The position numbers and the translations under genes were made by a program. From the NCBI GenBank assembly GCA_043827405.1, contig JBDRPD010000108.1, forward strand, positions 32,001 to 96,000: DNA of 64,000 nt. The letters run 5' to 3'. Of this stretch, positions 10,870 through 20,011 are shown piece by piece (position 1 is the stretch's first letter; every line of letters begins with the position of its first letter). Under the pieces are notes generated by a model. That model did no database searches, was not told the DNA's origin, and saw only the letters and a program-made list of their open reading frames with translations. The DNA is from Elusimicrobiota bacterium (lineage in GTDB: Bacteria; Elusimicrobiota; Elusimicrobia; UBA1565).

Positions 10870-12235
10870 GATACTGATCGCCAACCGCGGCGAGATCGCC
10901 GTCCGCGTGATACGCGCCTGCCGGGAAATGGGGATCAAGACCGTCGCCGTCTACTCCGAAGCCGACCGGGAGTCGCGCCACCTGGCTCTCGCGGACGAGG
11001 CGGTGTGCATCGGCCCCGGCCCGTCCACGCAAAGCTACCTGAACTATGCGCGCGTCCTCGCGGCCGCGGAGATCACCGGCGCGGACGGGATTCACCCCGG
11101 CTACGGTTTCCTGTCGGAAAACGCGGCCTTCGCCCGCGCCTGCGCCGAGCGCAACATTGTTTTTATCGGCCCGCCGGCCGAAGCGATCTCGTCTCTCGGC
11201 GATAAGATGGCCGGCAAGAAGCTGGCCATCCGCTCGAACGTGCCGGTCGTGCCCGGGACGAGCGGGGCCGTCGATCTAAAGAAGCTCAAGGAGATCGAGG
11301 CCCTCGGCTTCCCCGTCATGGTCAAGGCTTCGGCCGGAGGCGGGGGCAAGGGCCTGCGCATCGTTGCAACCGCCCAGCAGCTGCGCGGAGAAATCGAACG
11401 CGCGGCGGCGGAAGCCCAGGCGGCCTTCGGCAACGATTCCGTTTTCGTGGAAAAATTCATCGTTCGGCCCCGGCATGTGGAGATTCAGATACTCGCCGAC
11501 CGGCACGGCCATGTCGTCGCCTGCCCCGAGCGCGACTGCACCGTCCAGCGCCGGCACCAGAAGCTCATCGAGGAATCGCCCTCGCCCTCCGTCACCCCCG
11601 AGATTCGCCGGCAGATGCAGGAGGCGGCCATACGCCTGGCCCAGTCCTGCGGCTACCACAACGTGGGCACGGTGGAGTTCCTGCTGGACCCCGACGGCCG
11701 CTTCTACTTTATCGAGGTCAACACGCGCCTGCAGGTCGAGCATACGGTTACCGAGACGGTCACCGGTCTGGACCTGTGCCGGGAGCAGATCCTGCTGGCC
11801 GCCGGCGAGAAGCTCTCATTCGACCAGGCCCGGGCGTCCGAGATCCGCTGCCATGCGATCGAAAACCGCATCAACGCCGAGGACGCCGAGCGCGACTTCG
11901 CGCCGTGCCCGGGGAAAATCACCGGCCTGGTTCTGCCGGATGGTCCGGGCGTGCGCGTCGATACGCACCTCTACGCCGGCTACACCGTACCGACCTACTA
12001 TGACAGCCTGCTCGCCAAGCTGATCGTCAGCGGCGCCGACAGAGAACGCGCGATCGCCCGCGCGCTGCGCGCGCTCGCGGAGTTCCGCGTCGACGGCATC
12101 TCCACCACCATACCGTTCCACCAAAAAGTTCTGGCGAACGCGCAGTTCCAGACCAGCGACTTCGACACCAGCTTCGTCGACCGGCTGCAGGAAAAAACCA
12201 AACCCTCGTCCCAAAACGGTAAGACCCATGGCTAA
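10859..12235 (+). CDS. accC: Acetyl-CoA carboxylase biotin carboxylase subunit
   Basis: ILIANRGEIA, HPGYGFLSEN, GGGGKG, QRRHQK, EVNTRLQVEH, YYDSLLAK. Confidence 0.97.
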   Translation: MFNKILIANRGEIAVRVIRACREMGIKTVAVYSEADRESRHLALADEAVCIGPGPSTQSYLNYARVLAAAEITGADGIHPGYGFLSENAAFARACAERNIVFIGPPAEAISSLGDKMAGKKLAIRSNVPVVPGTSGAVDLKKLKEIEALGFPVMVKASAGGGGKGLRIVATAQQLRGEIERAAAEAQAAFGNDSVFVEKFIVRPRHVEIQILADRHGHVVACPERDCTVQRRHQKLIEESPSPSVTPEIRRQMQEAAIRLAQSCGYHNVGTVEFLLDPDGRFYFIEVNTRLQVEHTVTETVTGLDLCREQILLAAGEKLSFDQARASEIRCHAIENRINAEDAERDFAPCPGKITGLVLPDGPGVRVDTHLYAGYTVPTYYDSLLAKLIVSGADRERAIARALRALAEFRVDGISTTIPFHQKVLANAQFQTSDFDTSFVDRLQEKTKPSSQNGKTHG

Positions 12236-12821
12236 ACTTCAGGACACGATACGCCGGCAGCTGCAGGACACCTCGGACCTGATGGCGGCGACCATTGAGC
12301 ATGCCGACACGATCGCCGATATGGCAGAACGCCTCATCAAAACGCTCAGTGAACGCGGGAAGATCCTGACCTTCGGCAACGGAGGCTCGGCCTGCGACGC
12401 GCAGAACTTCGCCGACGAACTCGTCGGCCGCTACGAGCGCAACCGCCCGCCGCTGCCGGCGCTCGCGCTGACCACGAACTCGTCGGACCTCACCGCGATC
12501 TCCAACGACTTCGGCTTCGAGGAAGTCTTCAGCCGCCAGCTCAAGGCGCATGCCCAGAACGGCGACATCGCGGTGGCGATATCCACCTCGGGAAATTCAC
12601 CCAATGTCCTCAAGGCCGCGCGCTCCGCCCGCGAGATGGGGCTGACGGTGCTGGGCCTCAGCGGCCAGTCGGGCGGCAAGCTTAAGGAGCTCTGCGATGT
12701 CTGCCTCTGCGTCCCCTCAACGACGGTGGCGCGCATTCAGGAAGTCCATATCACCGTCATCCAGATACTCTGCGGTCAAATCGAAGAGGCCTTGTTCCCC
12801 GATGCGCCCAAAGCCCACTAG
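12228..12821 (+). CDS. gmhA: Phosphoheptose isomerase
   Basis: GNGGSA, ISNDFG, STSGNSPN, RIQEVH. Confidence 0.95.
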   Translation: MAKLQDTIRRQLQDTSDLMAATIEHADTIADMAERLIKTLSERGKILTFGNGGSACDAQNFADELVGRYERNRPPLPALALTTNSSDLTAISNDFGFEEVFSRQLKAHAQNGDIAVAISTSGNSPNVLKAARSAREMGLTVLGLSGQSGGKLKELCDVCLCVPSTTVARIQEVHITVIQILCGQIEEALFPDAPKAH

Positions 12822-13278
12822 CCGCAAAATCGCGAGCCTCCGCCGCCTGCTCAGGCTGCGGGCGGGCTGGAAGCGCGCACGCCGCAAGGTCGTATTCACC
12901 AACGGCGTCTACGACATCCTGCACCCCGGGCACATCATGCTCCTGGAAAAAGCGCGCGCCCTCGGCGACGTGCTGGTCCTCGGCGTTAATTCGGACAAAT
13001 CCGCGCGCGGACTCAATAAGAAAGGCCCCCGGCGGCCGGTCAACAAGCTCAAGGATCGCATGCTGGTTCTGGCGGCGCTTTCCGCGGTGGACGCCGTGAT
13101 CGCATTCGGCGAAGACACCCCGGCGCGGCTGCTCTCCCGGCTCAAGCCCGACATCCAGGTCAAGGGCGGCGACTACAAGCCCCACCAGGTTCCCGAAAGC
13201 GTCCACGCCGGCAAGCTCGTCCTGGTGCCCCTCAAGAAGGGCTATTCGACGACCAAGCTGCTGCGGCGATTGAAATAG
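12802..13278 (+). CDS. rfaE2: D-glycero-beta-D-manno-heptose 1-phosphate adenylyltransferase (stand-alone HldE domain II)
   Basis: VFTNGVYDILHPGH, GVNSD, VKGGDY, YSTT; follows gmhA. Confidence 0.88.
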   Translation: MRPKPTSRKIASLRRLLRLRAGWKRARRKVVFTNGVYDILHPGHIMLLEKARALGDVLVLGVNSDKSARGLNKKGPRRPVNKLKDRMLVLAALSAVDAVIAFGEDTPARLLSRLKPDIQVKGGDYKPHQVPESVHAGKLVLVPLKKGYSTTKLLRRLK

Positions 13279-13288
13279 CGTTTTCCCC

Positions 13289-13903
13289 ATGACCACCGCG
13301 CTGCTAATCCTTAACGGCGAATTAAGCTCGCCGGCCAAGGTCAAGCTGCTCGCCAAAGAAGCGGATGTGATCGTGGCCGCCGACGGCGGCGCCCGCCACT
13401 GCCGACAGCTCAAGCTCGCGCCGGACCTGGTGATCGGCGACATGGACTCTCTCCCCAGGCCGCTTCCGAAGTGGAAGAATACGGCCTTCTGCTGCGACTT
13501 TGACGAGGATCGCTCGGACTTTGAGAAGGCGTTGGAATACCTGGAGGGCATGGAGGCCGGCCCGGTCTGGATCGTCGGCGCCCTGGGCGGACGTCCCGAT
13601 CATGCCCTGGTCAACCTGAGCCTGATCGAGCACTGGGCCCGCAGGCTGCCGCTGGTCCTCGCCGACGGCGGACTGGCGCAGCCGGCCGGCCCCGGGCGCT
13701 ACGCCTATGCCTGCGGCAAAGGCGCCGCGGTGACCCTGCTGCCCATCACCGGCAGCTGCCGGCTCTCCACCCGGGGCCTGCGGTATACGCTTAAAAATGA
13801 AACCCTGCGCCGCGGCAGCCGGGGCTTAAGCAACCGCACGACCGCCGGAGAATTCAAGGTCCACGTGCACTCCGGCCGCCTGTGGATCATGCTGCCGGAA
13901 TAA
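13289..13903 (+). CDS. thiN: Thiamine pyrophosphokinase
   Basis: AADGGA, IGDMDS, SDFEKA, GGRPDH, GLRY, RGLSN. Confidence 0.92.
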   Translation: MTTALLILNGELSSPAKVKLLAKEADVIVAADGGARHCRQLKLAPDLVIGDMDSLPRPLPKWKNTAFCCDFDEDRSDFEKALEYLEGMEAGPVWIVGALGGRPDHALVNLSLIEHWARRLPLVLADGGLAQPAGPGRYAYACGKGAAVTLLPITGSCRLSTRGLRYTLKNETLRRGSRGLSNRTTAGEFKVHVHSGRLWIMLPE

Positions 13904-14814
13904 TGGACAGCCCGGACCGCATCGCCAAGCGCCTAACCCGGATCGGCGCCTATGCGGCGGCGCGCGCCTACTCCCTCTATACCCAGCGCCGCTGGCGCCA
14001 TCCGGGAACGAGCATCACCGACACCCCGCGGTATCGCGACTTCTGCGCCCGGGCAGCCCAGGACAAATCGTTCGCGCGCTTCCGCGCCGATCCGATCTGC
14101 CGGCTCTTCATCGAGAACAACAACTCCGATGAGGGCCGCTATTACCTGCAGGCCATGCTGGACGGCGCGCCGCATTACAAAAACTTCCTCGACAAATTCC
14201 GCACCAACGACAAGTTCGGCGGCGGCGGCGCCTTCGTCTACGGCAAGAACGGGCGGTTCGCGCCGACGACATTGCGCTACGCCAAATACCTAAGCGACTG
14301 CGAGCGGCATTTCGGCGCGCTGGACTCCAGGCGCGTGGTCGAGATAGGCGGCGGCTACGGCGGACTGTGCAAGCTGTTTTTCGACCGCTTCGACCTCGCC
14401 CGCTACTATCTGGTGGATCTGCCCGAAACGCTCGCGCTGGCGCGCCGCTACCTGTGCGCAACGCTCGGCGAAGAGACGGTCATCGGCAAGATCATCTTCG
14501 TTAACGCCAAGGACAATGCCGCGCTGACGCGCCATCTCAAGATGGATTTTTTTGACCTGGCGGTGAGCACGCTGGCCTTCTCCGAATGCGCGCGGGAAAT
14601 GCAGAAAACCTACATCGACTTTGTTTTCAACAAAAGCACCTACGGCTATCTGGTTATGAACGCTTTGAGCGGCGCCTTCGGCATCGACTCCCACAGCGAC
14701 GCCGAGGTCCAGGGACGGCTGTTTAAGACCGTCGAGGCGGAGGAAGATCCGGGCTGGTGGTGGGACGACCGCGTGACGATCTGGACCTGGAAGCCGGAAA
14801 GGATCGGGCTCTAG
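13903..14814 (+). CDS. Putative sugar O-methyltransferase (SAM-dependent)
   Basis: PTTLRY, VVEIGGGYGG, LVDLPE, AFSEC. Confidence 0.75.
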   Translation: MDSPDRIAKRLTRIGAYAAARAYSLYTQRRWRHPGTSITDTPRYRDFCARAAQDKSFARFRADPICRLFIENNNSDEGRYYLQAMLDGAPHYKNFLDKFRTNDKFGGGGAFVYGKNGRFAPTTLRYAKYLSDCERHFGALDSRRVVEIGGGYGGLCKLFFDRFDLARYYLVDLPETLALARRYLCATLGEETVIGKIIFVNAKDNAALTRHLKMDFFDLAVSTLAFSECAREMQKTYIDFVFNKSTYGYLVMNALSGAFGIDSHSDAEVQGRLFKTVEAEEDPGWWWDDRVTIWTWKPERIGL

Positions 14815-17804
14815 CCGCCTATAGCAGGATACGACTCCGGCGTCTTGGGCGAGGGGATGACGATCTCATCGCCGCTGAGCGATTCCAGGAAGGCGATCAA
14901 GTCCTTCTTCTCGTCCGGCGCGAGCCGCAGGGGCGCAAGCAGCGGAGTTTTATTGACCGCGTCCCCGCCGCCCCGGTCATAGAAATCGACGACCTCGGCC
15001 AGCGTCGCGAATATGCCGTTATGCATATACGGCGCGGTGTACTTGAGCTCGCGCAGGCTCGGCGTGCGAAACTTGCCGCTGTCCGCCTCGCGGTGCGTCA
15101 TCAGATAAAGCCCCGGATCGGAGTCCGCCGCGCGATAGACCTCCTCGGGCGCGCCGTGAATAACGTGCTTGTAGCGCACCGTGACCTGCCGCAGAGGCAT
15201 CTCATCGATGCGGGGATTATGCGGCACGCCGGTGGCGTGAAATCCTTGGTCGGAGGCCAGCGGACCGTTATGACAGCGCAGGCACCCGGCCTTGCCCTCG
15301 AACAGCCGCCGTCCGCGCTGGGCGGCGGGAGAGAGGACGCCCCGGTCAAACGGCGCATTCCTCGACACCGGCACCGCGCGTTCGAAGGCGGCGATGGCGC
15401 GGAGCACGCCCTCGAAGTTGGGCCGCTCGACTCCGAACACCTCCTTGAACATGGCGACGTACTCCGGCGACGTCGCCAGACGCTCCTCAACCAGCTCCGG
15501 ATCGCCGTTGCCGTTGAGGTTCGAGATAATAGCGGAGCGCGCCTGCTCCTCCAGACTCGGCTTGGTGCCGTCCCACTCCAGCTTGCTGTAATAGGCGGCA
15601 TTGAGGATGGTCTGCGAATTGCGCCAGTCCAAGGTGCCCGAATAGCCGAGGGCGAGCTCGGCGCCGTCGCCCCAGCCCATCGCGGGCTCATGACAGGCGG
15701 CGCAGAAGGAGTCGCCGTTGCCGGAGAGCCGCGGCTCGAAAAACAACAGCTTTCCGAGTTCGACCTTGGCCGGCGTCAACGGATTATCACCAGGCACCGG
15801 CACCGGAGGAAGCGGGCCGAGCGGCGGCGGCGCGGCGGCCGCGATCTCCCCCGGCTGTTCGCGGGGGGCTGCCGCCTTCTCCCTCCGGGGACGGAGAGCA
15901 TCGCCGGGAGAGCTCACGAACTCGACGACCGGCGTCTCGCTGCTGAGCGATTTAAGAAATTCCGCGAGGTCCCGTTTCTGCCGCCGGCTCAGCCGCGGGT
16001 TTTCGAAGCCGACGGCCTCTTCCAGCGTATTAAACATCCCGTTGTGCATATAGGGAGCGGTGCGCGCGACCTCCCGCAGCGACGGGGTCCGGAACTTTCC
16101 GCGGTCCGCTTCGTCCTTGGTAACGGCATAGTAGCCGATGTCTTGCTGCAGATTCGCATAACCCTCGATGCCGAAAACCTTGAAAAAACGACGGAAGGAG
16201 ATAAGGCGCAGGATATTCTTCTGTACTTCCGGATTCTCCGGTACGCCGCGATTATGCAGCCCGCCGTCGGTCAGCAAAGGCCCGTCATGGCAGCGCACGC
16301 AGCCGGCCTCACCGGTGAACAGCCGGTAGCCCCGGCGCGCGGCCCGGCTTAAAGCCTTTTTCTCGCCCCGCAGGAAGCGATCATACGGAGCCTCGCCGGA
16401 ACGCAGCGAGCGCACAAAGGCGGAGAGCGCCTCCAGCATCCTCGCGTAGGACGGCTCGGCGCCATAAACCCGCTGAAAAGCCTCCACATAATCCGGCGCC
16501 TGCCGGAGCTTTTCGACCACCAGCCGGCCGTCGGCTCCCATGAAGTGCGCTTCCGAGATATGATCGCGGATAAGAGAGGGCAGATCATCGCCCGGGAAAC
16601 GCCCGTCCCAATACAGATACTTCTGCCCGCCGCTGTTGAACAGCGTCGGCGTATTGCGGAAGTAAAGGGTTTCGGGATAGCCCGGCGACAGGGCGAGCCC
16701 GTCGGTAAACGCCTGTTCCGGACGGTGGCAGTCGGCGCAGTTGCGGGAGGCGTCGCCGGAAAGCCGCTGGTCGAAAAAGAGGACCTTCCCAAGCCGCTCT
16801 TCCGTGTCGATGGGGAGCCGCGGTGCCCCGGCCGCCGGGATATGGGGGCGGGTGCCGGAGACATCCCACAGCCGCAGGGAATGGTCCTCGCTCGCCGAAA
16901 CGGCGAGGCTTCCGTCCGGAGAGAAAGCGACATCGCGCACGCCGTTAAGATGCCCCCCCCAGACCGCGAGCTCACGCCCGGTCGCGACCTCCCAATGGCG
17001 AACGGCGTAATCCGCTCCGGCCGAGAGCGCGGTGCGGCCGTCGGGAGAGAAGGCGACGGCATAGATGTAGCTCTTGTGCCCCTTCCACACGGCCAGCCCG
17101 CTTCCATCCGCGGTGTCCCACAAACGCAGGGTATTGTCCCGGCCGCCCGAAAGCGCCCGCCGCCCGTCGGGTGAGAAGGCGACGGCCATAACCTTGTTGG
17201 CATGCCCGCGCCAAACCGCCAGCTGCCGCCGCGCCGCGACGTCCCACAGCCGCAGGGTTTTATCTCCCTGGCCGGTAAGGAGCCTCTTGCCGTCCGGCGA
17301 GAAAGCGACGGCGGCGGCGTGCGCGAGCGCGCCTTGCTGCAAAGTAGCCGCTTCCCGGCGCTCGCGGATATCCCACAGCTTGAGCTCACCGGCGTACGAA
17401 GTCGTCGCGGCGAGGCGTCCATCCGGCGAGATCGCGATCGCGCGAATCTCGCCCTGATGCCCCGGCAGCGAGGCGAGCTCGCGGCCGGAGGAAATATCCC
17501 AAATTTTGAGGAGACGGTCCTCGCCGCCCGAAAGCGCGTACTTCCCATCGGGGCTTATCGCGACCGCCAGCACCTCCCCCGTATGCCCTCGCCAGGTCGC
17601 GAGCACTTTGCCGCTCGCGACGTCCCATACTCTAACCGTGCGGTCTTCGCTAACCGAAAGGACGCGCGAACCGTCGGGGGTAAACGCCGCGCCATAGACG
17701 TGATGAGTATGCCCTTTCCAGACCGCGAGCGAGGGGCTGTCGGCGGCGGCGGACAGGACGGGAGACGCCAGGAGAAGAGCGGATGCGAACAAACAGCGCA
17801 GCAT
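14811..17804 (-). CDS. Secreted WD40 propeller fused to two tandem di-heme cytochrome c peroxidase/MauG-family domains
   Basis: Signal peptide; about 7 GH...WD repeats; CxxCH x4 (CADCH, CVRCH, CAACH, CLRCH); LGKxLFF, WDG and FRTPSLRE..TAPYMHNG each occur twice. Confidence 0.88.
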   Translation of the reverse strand: MLRCLFASALLLASPVLSAAADSPSLAVWKGHTHHVYGAAFTPDGSRVLSVSEDRTVRVWDVASGKVLATWRGHTGEVLAVAISPDGKYALSGGEDRLLKIWDISSGRELASLPGHQGEIRAIAISPDGRLAATTSYAGELKLWDIRERREAATLQQGALAHAAAVAFSPDGKRLLTGQGDKTLRLWDVAARRQLAVWRGHANKVMAVAFSPDGRRALSGGRDNTLRLWDTADGSGLAVWKGHKSYIYAVAFSPDGRTALSAGADYAVRHWEVATGRELAVWGGHLNGVRDVAFSPDGSLAVSASEDHSLRLWDVSGTRPHIPAAGAPRLPIDTEERLGKVLFFDQRLSGDASRNCADCHRPEQAFTDGLALSPGYPETLYFRNTPTLFNSGGQKYLYWDGRFPGDDLPSLIRDHISEAHFMGADGRLVVEKLRQAPDYVEAFQRVYGAEPSYARMLEALSAFVRSLRSGEAPYDRFLRGEKKALSRAARRGYRLFTGEAGCVRCHDGPLLTDGGLHNRGVPENPEVQKNILRLISFRRFFKVFGIEGYANLQQDIGYYAVTKDEADRGKFRTPSLREVARTAPYMHNGMFNTLEEAVGFENPRLSRRQKRDLAEFLKSLSSETPVVEFVSSPGDALRPRREKAAAPREQPGEIAAAAPPPLGPLPPVPVPGDNPLTPAKVELGKLLFFEPRLSGNGDSFCAACHEPAMGWGDGAELALGYSGTLDWRNSQTILNAAYYSKLEWDGTKPSLEEQARSAIISNLNGNGDPELVEERLATSPEYVAMFKEVFGVERPNFEGVLRAIAAFERAVPVSRNAPFDRGVLSPAAQRGRRLFEGKAGCLRCHNGPLASDQGFHATGVPHNPRIDEMPLRQVTVRYKHVIHGAPEEVYRAADSDPGLYLMTHREADSGKFRTPSLRELKYTAPYMHNGIFATLAEVVDFYDRGGGDAVNKTPLLAPLRLAPDEKKDLIAFLESLSGDEIVIPSPKTPESYPAIGG

Positions 17805-17814
17805 CGAAGTTACG

Positions 17815-19227
17815 CTAGCATTTTGGCTGCTCCGCTTGAACAAGGTGAAAGCAGAGCAGGCAGAGGGATGTCACCGCCACCCCGGCATAGAGGTCGTCCA
17901 CCTGCGCCCAAAATCCGGCATGCCCGGCCAAGCGCCAGTAGGTGACGGCGGCGACCCCGGCCAGGCAGGTCGCCACGAAACGCAAGTCGCTCAGCCGACC
18001 GGGGAAGAGATGGCCGTAGAGTACGGGAAAAAGCAGGCAGGCGGCGGAGTAGCTGCCCAGCGTCTTCCAGACTTCCTTGATGTTCCCCTCGAAGCAGAAA
18101 GACAGCAGCACCGCCAGGACGCCCACGGAGACGACGCCCAGGTGATGAATTTTCACCTTGCCTTTCAGCCGCGCCGGCACCAGATCGTAGGCCAGAGTCG
18201 TCCCGGCAAGAAAGATGTAGGAATCCAGGGTCGAGAGAATAGTGGCCAATATCCCCGCCAGGAAGAAGCCGCGCAGGCCGCTGGGCAGAATCTGCACGGC
18301 ATAGATCAAATAGGCCTGCGCCGAATCCGCCCCCGGGATGGCCGCCCGCGCGTACATCGCCCCCGCCGTCGTGCAAATATCGAAACCCACCCAGACCAGC
18401 AGGCACAGCCAGATTCCGCGCCGCGCCGTCCGCTCCGAATCCGCGGCGAAGCAGCGCTGGTAGAAGTTGGGATCGACCAGGGTCGACAACGCGATAAATC
18501 CCCAGACCAAAGCGGTGGCCCAGCTTTCCCCGCCCAGCGGCGCGAAGTGCGAGGCCGGCAGGTGGGCGCGCAGATAGCCCAGGCCGCCGAATCGCGCAAC
18601 CGACGCGGCCAAAACCAGAAACACCGCCGCGCACATGACGAAGAACTGCAGCATGTCCGAGAACACCACCGCGCGCAAACCGCCCGAGAAAGAATAGAGG
18701 ACCACCCCCAGGACGCCGGCCGCGATCCACAACGGCAGGCTGCCGCCGAACAGCGCCTGCAGGAACAGTCCCAGGCTGATGGCGTAGACGATGGGAATCA
18801 CGTTCATGAAGTTGAATACGGCGGCGAGCTTCTCGGAGCGCGGACCGAACATCCGTCCGACCATTTCGGGCAAAGTCAGGACATCGTAGCGCCGGAGCCG
18901 GCCGACGATAAAGAGCGCGAACAGGGCATAGGTCGCGTACCAGAACACGCCTTGGGTGAGAAAGTTGTAGACCCCCTTGTCGAATGCGATCTGGGTCACG
19001 CCGAAGATGCCGCCGTACCAGGTCGCCACCAGCGTGGCCACAAACATGGGCAAAGTCAGCCGGCGGCCCATGACCATCAGATCGAGGAAAGAGGCCGCCT
19101 CGTCCATGTCCCGCCGCTTGCGCGTCTGACCGTAGATCACCATGGCGAAAGTCGCCAGCAGCACCGAGACGAAGACCGCCCAATCGGCGGGGGTAAGGAT
19201 CGCGGGCAGGTCGAGAGTGTCGCGCAT
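17815..19227 (-). CDS. Sodium:solute symporter (SSS) family transporter
   Basis: About 12-13 hydrophobic segments; ATWYGG, YSFSGGLRAVVFSD, DPNFYQR, ILSTLDS. Confidence 0.9.
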   Translation of the reverse strand: MRDTLDLPAILTPADWAVFVSVLLATFAMVIYGQTRKRRDMDEAASFLDLMVMGRRLTLPMFVATLVATWYGGIFGVTQIAFDKGVYNFLTQGVFWYATYALFALFIVGRLRRYDVLTLPEMVGRMFGPRSEKLAAVFNFMNVIPIVYAISLGLFLQALFGGSLPLWIAAGVLGVVLYSFSGGLRAVVFSDMLQFFVMCAAVFLVLAASVARFGGLGYLRAHLPASHFAPLGGESWATALVWGFIALSTLVDPNFYQRCFAADSERTARRGIWLCLLVWVGFDICTTAGAMYARAAIPGADSAQAYLIYAVQILPSGLRGFFLAGILATILSTLDSYIFLAGTTLAYDLVPARLKGKVKIHHLGVVSVGVLAVLLSFCFEGNIKEVWKTLGSYSAACLLFPVLYGHLFPGRLSDLRFVATCLAGVAAVTYWRLAGHAGFWAQVDDLYAGVAVTSLCLLCFHLVQAEQPKC

Positions 19228-19254
19228 AAAAAATCCGGGGCCTATGGCCCCGGA
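19228..19254 (-). terminator. Intrinsic terminator-like hairpin
   Basis: Minus strand TCCGGGGCC-ATA-GGCCCCGGA followed by T6, ending directly at the SSS ATG. Confidence 0.7.
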
Positions 19255-19283
19255 CAGTTTACCAACGATTTATCGCGGCGTCT

Positions 19284-19943
19284 TTATTCCGCCGGCTTTA
19301 CCTCGGCGGGTTTCGGCTCCTCCGCTTTCTTTTCCGCGGGCTCCGTCTTGTTTTCCTCTACGGCCTTTGCTTTCTCCGGAACCGGCATTTCCGTCTTGAT
19401 TTCTTCCTTGGCCGCTTCTTTCTTCTCCTCAACCACGGCCGGCTTCGGTTCCGGCGCTGGCGCCGGCTCAGGCGTTTCGGCCTTCTTGAGCTCCTCAAGC
19501 CGGCCGCGCGCCTCCTTTATGTCCGCCAGATACGCGCTCTTCGGATGCGCCTGCTCAAATGCCGCGAGCGCCTTCTCGGCCTGCGCGAACTTGCCCGCTA
19601 AAATAAGGTCGATCGCCGCCGCCTGCTCCTCGCGCTCCTGCAGACGCTCGGCGGCCTTTTTATCGGTCCAGCTGCCCTTCCAGTACGGCAGCTTGGGATC
19701 CGCCTCCGACTGCTTGGAGCCGCGCACCGCGGCGACCGTGGTCACGCTGACGCCCCGCCGGTAGCGGGCCTGGATGGCCTTTTTCTGCAGCGCCGCCCGC
19801 CAGTGGCCGAACCAGCTCCGCAGGCTCTTGCTCTGGGCAGACCCAGCCGGGGCGCCCTCCGCCTCCGCGGCGACGGCCGCGGCCGGGCCGGCGCCCGCCA
19901 AAAACGCCGCCAGCACCAGAATAAAAAATCTCTTCATCATCAT
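19284..19943 (-). CDS. Secreted hypothetical protein with Glu/Lys/Pro-rich tail
   Basis: Signal peptide MKRFFILVLAAFLAG; TTVAAVRG; one TPR-like helix pair. Confidence 0.65.
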   Translation of the reverse strand: MMMKRFFILVLAAFLAGAGPAAAVAAEAEGAPAGSAQSKSLRSWFGHWRAALQKKAIQARYRRGVSVTTVAAVRGSKQSEADPKLPYWKGSWTDKKAAERLQEREEQAAAIDLILAGKFAQAEKALAAFEQAHPKSAYLADIKEARGRLEELKKAETPEPAPAPEPKPAVVEEKKEAAKEEIKTEMPVPEKAKAVEENKTEPAEKKAEEPKPAEVKPAE

Positions 19944-20011
19944 GCTCCTCCGTCTTTACTGTAGCTCACGCGGCAAAATCCATCCACCCGACTTTTCTAC
20001 CGGTACTCCGG

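Noticed and set aside
19258..19274. Possible third GGTAAA-N5-GGTAAA box (plus strand TTTACC-AACGA-TTTATC)
   Set aside because: One mismatch and no -10 element at the 34-35 nt offset seen in the other two copies
19228..19283. TPP riboswitch upstream of the SSS transporter (thiN is nearby)
   Set aside because: Only about 55 nt intergenic and no CTGAGA or other aptamer core visible
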